Of a DNA stretch of 27,174 nucleotides, positions 11,401 through 20,400 are shown piece by piece. Numbering within the stretch: the first letter of the stretch is position 1; the number at the start of each line of letters is the position of its first letter. A program made the translations under genes and the position numbers. Source of the stretch: Catajapyx aquilonaris (Eukaryota); assembly GCA_000934665.2 (NCBI GenBank), contig KZ538486.1, positions 124,001 through 151,174 of the forward strand, read 5' to 3'. The notes beneath the pieces were generated by a model, which saw only the letters and a program-made list of their open reading frames with translations, searched no databases and had not been told where the DNA came from.

Positions 11401-14400
11401 CAAAAGCGGGTTCAAATTTTCTCCGCCAGAGCGCACTTGCGTCGACATTAGGTCGAGGCTGAGGCCCAGGCATTGGTAAATATGTTAACTTCTCTACTTT
11501 CAGTCTATGAGTCTAGGCCTGGTCAAGCATCTGTGGTCTCAAAGATTAGAGAATAGAAGAGAGCGTATTCACTGTTCCTTGGGTGGTCAACCTAATGTCG
11601 ATCGTCGCGCGCTCTGTCGGCAGATTTCTAAGCTGATTTCCCCTTCGAGAGGGGCTTCACGAATAAGCAGCTATTTTGGCCGAAGTGGAGGCACCGTTGT
11701 ACCTGCACCATGATTATAATACAACCAAACAAAATAATTGTGAAAAATTAACTGGTATAACCCCGGCGGAAATTTCTATCACCATAGAAACTAGAAGAAT
11801 TAAGGCTATGTTCAGGAGTATTTGCGCCACTCGCGTGATATTTTTAATGGCACGATGTCATAGGCCAAAGGTTTAATTCATTGTAAACAAACAATCATAT
11901 AGAATTATCTTGGATTTTTTCGATGGGTGGAAGCCACCTTTAAAAAACCATGTAGATGTCAACATGGGGTGACATCAACGTCTCGTGCATAGCATATGCG
12001 GTGGTACATGGCTCTCTCAAGATCCAGATCCAGATCAAGTGCCAGATCCAGTGATTTTCATGTAGGGCACAATTTTTATACTCCCACCCAAAATGTGCAG
12101 AAGCGAGCGGGAGACAGAGGGTTAATTGGTGCTTTTTGAAATAGTGTTCCAGTGCTACATGATACAGTAGAACCCTGATTATTATCCATCACCCACAGTA
12201 CGGGGGCATTGTCTAATAACAAAAAAGGTTGGATAATCCGAGGAGAAAAGGAAAACACAACAAAAAGCATATTGAATAATGAAATAATGTACAATACAGG
12301 TAAAATCTCGTTACAACGATTCCCGCGGGACGGGCAAATCTTTTCGTAGTAGCGGAATTTCGTTTATTAAATCGAGATTGGTTATTTTTATTTCCCCCGC
12401 AAATATGTCCAAATCTGTCAACTCCTGCCACACCTGTACGTCGTCATCTGCTGCTACAAAATTGTGGAAGGTAACTTCATCTGGCACGCCGGTGCTTTCA
12501 GCGACGGACCTCCACACAGACAGGTCGTCAGGGTCATCTGAGTCTTCGGCATCCTGGGCACTCCCCAAAACAGACACTGCCGACCCCTTGATGCAACTTT
12601 TACCCCAACATTTCCCGATTGTTGAAGGTGTTATGGACGACCACACACTCGCTTATCGCTAGACATTGCTGGAGCACGTGTGGCGGAGCATTGCCCTAGT
12701 GCATATTTCGTTATATCAGGTTCAATACTAGCCAGGGAACCACTTTTCATATTCGTTGTACTGAAAATTTCGTAGTAACGCATTACGTAATAATGGAATT
12801 ACAAATACATTGCTCTTTTGGCTGGCCAACCAAAATGTTATTTTTATTGCGTTCTATTGAAATTTCGTTGTATTGGTATTCGCTAAAACGAGATTTTACT
12901 GTATTACAATTTTCTAAGAAATAGTGAAGTATTTATCTTTTACGTGTCACACACACTGCTGTTTAAAATTTAACTAAGGCAATACAAAACAAATGTTTAG
13001 TAGACTTGCATTACAGTATTTGATGAGAAAACATACATTTATTGCTGGAACGGGATGGTCAGATAAACCGAGGAGTCGGATAATCTGAGGTAGGATAAAC
13101 GGGGTTCTACTGTTTTAAATACTTTGAAGAAGAAGAAAATTGCAGACAGTTTCATAGAAAAATAATATTTTCTGCCCTTTGTAACCATATGTGATTGTAT
13201 TGTATTGTTTGATCTACAGCCAGTCTCTACTCAAAGGAAGAACTGACCAGGCAGGAAGCTGTGCAGGCTTTCCAGTTTTTGGCACGTCAATGTACTGAAG
13301 GTAGTGCCATCCTGGATGTTCTGCAGCATTTGTTTGGAGTTCTGAATGGCTCAGAAGGGAAACTGACCCTTGCTGCTCAGAAGATGAGTGTACTAGATGG
13401 GATTGGCATGATGAGCTATAACTCAGTTGCAGCCAATTCACTTCAAAACTTAAGTTCAGGTGTTGCAATGCAATTCAAGAAGGTGCTGGAAAGTGAAGGT
13501 GGGTACAGATGAATTTTAGAGTTACATTCAAAATGCATGATATTCACTATATCAGGAATTATTACTGTAATTGTAATTAATTTCAGTTCATGAGGGGACA
13601 CTTGTGAAGGCATTGGAAGTGTGGGCCTTGTGGTGCACAAAGTTCTCACAGCAAGTTCCAGCTGTTGTGATTGATTGGTTCAAGGTAATATATTGAAACA
13701 CAATGTATTTTACAAACACTGGTTACATATTAGAATACCTTACAGAAAGGACCTACACTGAAAGCTTCTACTGCAGCAGTGCGCAACGCTTACATACAGT
13801 GCATGTCCGCCGCATTTTCTGGCAATACAGTTGGTCAGGGGGTAGAATTGTTTCCATTTCTGATCAGTACTGTGGAGAAGACTGGAAATCAAGCAACTCA
13901 GGTATGTCATGGCTATTGGTGTTGAGGACTGTTTTTCCCCCCTCACATTGGGAAGGGTCCGCAAAATAACAAGAGATAATCCTGCTGGCATGTCGTTCTT
14001 GACTTTGACGAGAATGTCACTTTCGAAGTCTGCATGTTTGGCTGCTCTATATGCCTACACCTGTTAGTGTTGTTTGGGCAAAGAAAACTTGAGAGCCACT
14101 CGAACACGTTTTTAGGACTCTGGTAAGTCAACGTCGACCACCTTTCCAGTACAGTATATGACTGTTCATTACAAAAGGTTTAGCTGAGGATAGGACATTC
14201 CTGTCTTTGTTGCATCAATAACCTTCTGCACATGGCTCAATGTGATTAAGAATACAGTTGCAATGTCATTTTCTTGTTTTAGATTCCAGTTGTAACAGAA
14301 AGTTTGTCAGCTGTCAACCTGCTTCTGAAGTTGTCTGCAGGAAACCCTGAATGTGATGCCAAACTTCAGAGCTTGTGGAAGATGCTTCTGGATCCAGAGA

Positions 14401-17400
14401 AGCTTGTCTTTGTGTCGGAGAAATTTCTTGCTTCTGCATCTGATGATGGTGAGCGGAATGAACCCTAGGTTAAGTTGAAGGTTTAAAAACCTGCAGCTTT
14501 AATTTTCTATAAATAGGATACATTGTAATTCAAATACATTGCCATGTTTATTGGGTGTGTAATGAAAGAATGTGTTGCGCTCTCAGCCCTCCTTCAGGTG
14601 GTGGTCCTGTATGACTATCTCCTTCGAAACCGTGGCCATGTATTGAAAGGAAAAGTCAGCTCCATGCATCGTGCAACACTCTTCTGCTTGACCCGTCCTG
14701 AAGCCACGCTGAGGCGACAGTGCCATGCAGTCGTCCGGAAACTGGTCTGTTCAGCAGGGGGTGCAGATATAGCACGGGCTCTTCTGGATGAAATGGCTTC
14801 ATTCCAAGAAACTCTAAAAGTGAAAAGGGCAGTAAATGGAGATGGAGTAGGTGGAGATGGTGGAAAGGAAGAAGTAGGAGGGGAGCTTCATCCCTGCGTC
14901 CTTGCTGAATGTGTCACAACTCTCTGCTCTGCGGGAGGTGTAATGGATGCACTGCAGGCAGAAGAAGTTGCTCTGGAATCCATAATTCCAGCACACCATC
15001 CTGCTATAAGTATGCATATGTGATTATTACTACATTAAAACAATCTAATGATGGAACACCATGAATGCCTCTCTCTGAGTTTAGAGTCAGATGTGGTTAA
15101 CATGTCAACAGTTTATGTGCATATAAATGTAATTGGTTTTGTCTCGGAAAAGCACAGTGGCCAATGTGTTTTTGGAACATTATGATTATACTTGTATGCA
15201 TCGCCAGTAGTAATAGGTCTCACTAAAACCACATCTAATTCGAAACTCCTAGATAGAGACATTTGTGGTGTTCAGTCACAAAATAGGCTATTGCAAAGCT
15301 TTGATGAAAGTGCATTATGTGGGGTAACATTTTTTTTAAATAATGGGAGGAGAATATTCTGTCTGAAATCATGCAAGGGAATTAAGCAGGGCATGTTGCT
15401 TTCAGTATGGGTATGAATGTCATTTCGTACTTCTTTTTTTTCCATGGCAGAATTGATCCACAACAACCTCTGGATCAAGATGGTGAAGCATCTGAAGCAG
15501 GATCCAGTGCAACTGGTTCACAAACACCATGATCAAATTGTTACGAAGTTTGTCAACAACTACAGGCCCACTCCAGTAGGTTTTTGACATGCGACAATTT
15601 GCATGCCTTAGCTGTAATTATTTACTCTTCTCCTTCAGGTCATGGAAAACGTTGTGGCAACTCTTGTGTCCCTGAATCCAGATCAGATGTCACTCAGTGT
15701 GGTTCAGTCAGTGGAAGCCATGATGCTGGATCCTGGTTTTCAGCATGTGTCTCGTGATGACTACTTTGTGTACCTGACTCCTTCTGGGCAGCTGTATGAC
15801 AAGAGTGTAATAGAAAGTGCCAATCAGGACAGTCTTCTGAACATGAAGAATATAAAGCGTGAGAGCAAGGCTTATTCCTACAAGGAGCAGATGGAGGAAT
15901 TACAGCTGAGGAAGGAGCTGGAGGATAAGAAGCGGAAGGGGAAGAAGGCTTCTGAGCTCACTCCTAAGCAGAAGGAAGCAATGAAACTGCAGCTAGAGAA
16001 GGAGGCTGCCACAAAGAAGCGTGTTGGGGAGGTTAGTTTTACCAGTAATGTTTTTTTTTGTAGTATTACTTGAAGTTCATGAAGTTCTCTTAATTTAGCC
16101 GAGAATTGGGGAATTCAAGAAGTCATATCTCGGTTGGTTAAATTTGACACTTTTATCAGATTCATGCAGAAAAAGTTGAATTCTTGTTTCATTGTATACT
16201 CTTGCTACAGCATCATAGGAAAAATAATTTTAGATTAGGATAACAAATAATTCCCTTGAATGTGCCTCTTGGCATGATATGTTGATGTACCTTTCATGGA
16301 GCTTTTCCTGTTGTATTTCAGTTGCATGAAAAGGTGGTTCATGCTTTGTCCATGCTGAGAGCAACGTGCTGTGGGAGTGACATTGCATTAGCTCCCCATC
16401 TTCCCCGAATTTTAGACATTATAGTGAGGAACCTGTCATCCCCAATTGCAGCCTCAGAGCTCAGCAAGCTATACATCAGTCTATCTAAATGCGTCTTTGA
16501 TGCTGATGAGGAGTTTATAGGTACAGTAATATTCTAAAGCTGGTTTTATTTTTGTTATTGATAGTCAATGTTTCATTCCGCATCTTGAAATCACTTGTGA
16601 TTTTAGAACCTTCTGTAAATGCACCTGTGTTTTTGTTACACAAGGCAAAAATATGCATAAGGTCACAATTTATTTGTTACTTCCCAGGTCTTGCAGTTGG
16701 TCACACCACCTTGCGACTCCTCCAGCCACAATGTGACCTGGATCCCTCATGGTGTGGGGAGGACTTGGACAGGGCTGTCGGCAGAATTGTCACCCTCATT
16801 CACAAACATACCATGTTCACCAGGACCAGGACCATATCCTCAGAGGAGACGTCTGATCTTGATTTACGCCAGCCACTGACTGCTCCTGCCTTCTGTTACT
16901 GCTTCCCCTTCCTGCGTACTGCTGTCCTTAGGAATGCCTCAAAAAATGAATCCTTGTCCATGACTGTTCTGCACTTGATCTCCGATCACCTTAAGATGAG
17001 GGGAAATGAGGAGGATGAGATGGAGGCCATGGTTGACCTCTTCCACCCACGCTTCTTACCTCGGAAGCAGGTTCTGGATTTGGCTGTGGAGCTCATTGGA
17101 TCAACCACCGGTCGAGTTCAGCAGATGGCTGTGGTGGTGCTCTTAGGGGCGGCTGATGCTGGATCTGGGAAGTTGGGATGTGCTGTTGCCACAAAGCAGG
17201 AGATCCGTTGCCTTATGACTGCTACACAGCATGAGAACGCAGCAGTCAGGGATGCAGCATTGCGCGTAAGTCTCTGCTTCTTTGTTACACTTTTTGAAGG
17301 CAAAGTTAAGTCTGACTGTAGGTAGCTTGTGACTGCATTTGCAAAGTAGCCTGTCCCCTCTTTCATTACTAATGCAGTATATTGTCACTTTCAGGGTTTG

Positions 17401-20400
17401 GCCTCTTTTGTGGCCATGATATCAGGCACAGAAGACCATCCAGACATGGCACAAGACTTGGTTCATCGTATTTGGGTGTCAAGATTTGATGTATCTCCAG
17501 AAAATCGGGAAGTGGCCAATGAGCTGTGGGAAGCTGCCCAGCTTGAGATCTATCCAGCACTGTGGGAGGATCTCCTCTCAGATGTCGTACATCCAATTGA
17601 GCCAGTGAGGCAAGCCGCTGCTGAAGCCTTGGCCGAGGCCGTTTCCCAAGCCCTGACCAATAAGAAGCACAAGGACATGCCTTCCCTCTTGCTGGATCGC
17701 CTGTTGGACATATACCAGGACAAGCTGACTGTTCTACCACCCAAGATGGACAACTTTGGCCGTGTTGTGGAGGAAGCTGTGGATCACTGGGAGCCACGAA
17801 GTGGTGTAGCCCTTGCACTGTGTAAGATTGCGCCCCACTTCAACAAGGCCATGGTTGCAAAGCTGATTGGATTTATGGTGCCAGCCGGACTAGGAGACAA
17901 CTCAGCTGAGGTGCGCAAAAATATGCTGGAGGCTGCCTTGGCTGTAGTGGAACGCCATGGGAAGCAGAGCGTGAATGCACTACTTGGTGTGTTTGAAGGC
18001 TTCCTGGATGAAGCACCTGACTCTCGCAGCTATGACACAGTGAGGCAGTCAGTGGTGGTCCTTATGGGGTGTTTGGCACGCCATTTGGAAAAGGATGATG
18101 CACGCATACAACCCATTCTTTCCAAGCTGCTGAGTGTTTTGGAGACACCATCGCAACAGGTGCAAGAAGCGGTGGCCAACTGCCTCCCAGCACTTGTGCC
18201 ATCCATTAAGGATCAAGCCCCACAGCTGATCCAGAAGCTCCTGCGACAACTGTTGGACTCTGATAGTTACGGAGAACGGAAAGGGGCAGCTTATGGCTTG
18301 GCAGGGATAGTTCGTGGCTTGGGAATTCTCTCATTGAAGGAGCACAACATAATGAATACACTTACTGAATCAGTTCAGGACAAGAAAAGTTACCGCCATC
18401 GTGAAGGAGCTCTCTTTGCATTTGAGATGCTATGCAACATGTTAGGGAAACTCTTTGAACCCTATGTCATCCATGTGCTCCCCCACCTGCTGCTTTGCTT
18501 TGGTGACTCCAGCCAGTATGTACGTGAAGCCACAGAAGACACAGCCAAGGCCGTTATGAGCAAACTGTCAGCGCATGGGGTGAAGCTTGTTCTACCATCT
18601 CTGCTAACTGGATTGGAGGAAGAATCATGGCGCACCAAGACCGGCTCTGTTGAGCTGCTGGGAAACATGGCATATTGTGCTCCCAAGCAACTCTCTTCAT
18701 GCTTGCCAAGCATAGTGCCCAAGCTAATTGAGGTTCTGAGTGATTCGCATGTCAAAGTGCAGAAGGCTGGGGCTCAGGCTCTTAAGCTGATTGGATCTGT
18801 CATCCGCAACCCAGAGATCCAAGCCATTGTACCAGACTTGCTGGATGCTCTTCAGAACCCAGCAAAGAAAACAGCCAGTTGCCTCCAGATCCTACTAGAC
18901 ACGCAATTTGTCCATTTCATTGATGCACCTTCCCTAGCCCTCATCATGCCTGTGGTTCAGAGGGCCTTCCAGGACCGGTCAACTGAGACACGAAAAATGG
19001 CTGCTCAGATCATAGGCAACATGTACTCACTCACAGATCAAAAAGACCTGGCTCCGTATCTACCAACCATTATGCCTGGGCTGCAGTCATCACTTCTTGA
19101 TCCAGTGCCAGAGGTATGCTCAATGCTGCACAGTGTGAGAAGAGGAGTACTCATGAGGTGTACTGATTTTGTTTGCTTCCAGGTGCGTAGTGTGTCTGCC
19201 CGTGCTCTGGGAGCAATGGCTCGTGGGATGGGTGAATCGAGCTTCCAGGAGGTGCTCCCATGGCTCATGCAGATGCTCACTTCCGAATCCAGTGCTGTTG
19301 ACAGATCGGGAGCTGCTCAGGGACTGTCGGAGGTTGTTGGAGGGCTGGGTGTTGACAAGCTTCACCGTCTTATGCCAGGTGTGGCTTTAGCAGGCTGATC
19401 TACCTTCTGGTTATTAAGTGCTGAGCTGTTTCCACTTTGTGCAATTTCTTACACATCAGCAGCAGGGACCTTGTGCTCAGTGTCTTCCTTTCTTTTTACA
19501 GAGATCATTTCCACAACTGAACGGACAGACATTGCCCCACATGTGAAGGATGGCTACATAATGATGTTCATCTATATGCCAGTTGTGTTTCAAAAGGACT
19601 TTACCCCATACATTGGGAAGATCATTAACCCCATCTTGAAAGCATTGTCAGATGAGAATGAGTTTGTGCGTGACACAGCCATGAAGGCAGGCCAACGTAT
19701 AGTCAACATGTATGCAGACTCAGCCATAACACTCCTCCTCCCTGAGCTAGAGCGTGGGCTGTTTGATGATAATTGGCGCATTCGCTACAGTTCAGTACAG
19801 CTACTAGGTGATCTGCTGTATCGCATCTCAGGTGTAACAGGCAAGATGAGCACAGAGACGGCAAATGAAGATGACAACTTTGGCACAGAGCAGTCCCACC
19901 GTGCCATCATCACATCCCTAGGTGGTGTGAGGCGCAACCATGTCCTGGCAGGCCTGTACATGGGCAGGTCAGACGTGGCCCTTCTGGTGCGGCAGGCAGC
20001 TCTGCATGTGTGGAAGGTGGTGGTGACCAACACTCCACGCACCCTGCGGGAAATCCTGCCCACACTCTTTGAGCTCCTCCTTGGCTGCCTCGCCAGCACA
20101 AGTTACGACAAGAGGCAGGTGGCGGCCAGGACCCTAGGTGACCTTGTAAGGAAGCTTGGGGAACGGGTACTGCCCGAGATTATTCCCATCTTGGAAAGGG
20201 GACTGGAGTCAGAGCAGGCAGACCAACGCCAGGGAGTGTGCATTGGGCTGTCGGAAATCATGGCTGCCACTAGTAGGGAGATGGTCATGAGCTTTGTTGA
20301 TAGCTTGGTGCCAACTGTCAGGTAAATACAGACTGTAGTTGTTGTTTCATCCTCTTAAAATAACCCTATTTTTTAGTTGGACCTTTATTTGCTAAAGTCC

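Noticed and set aside
12019..12052. Short (AGATCC)n repeats
   Set aside because: Only 3-4 degenerate units without unique spacers; not CRISPR-like and not interpretable.
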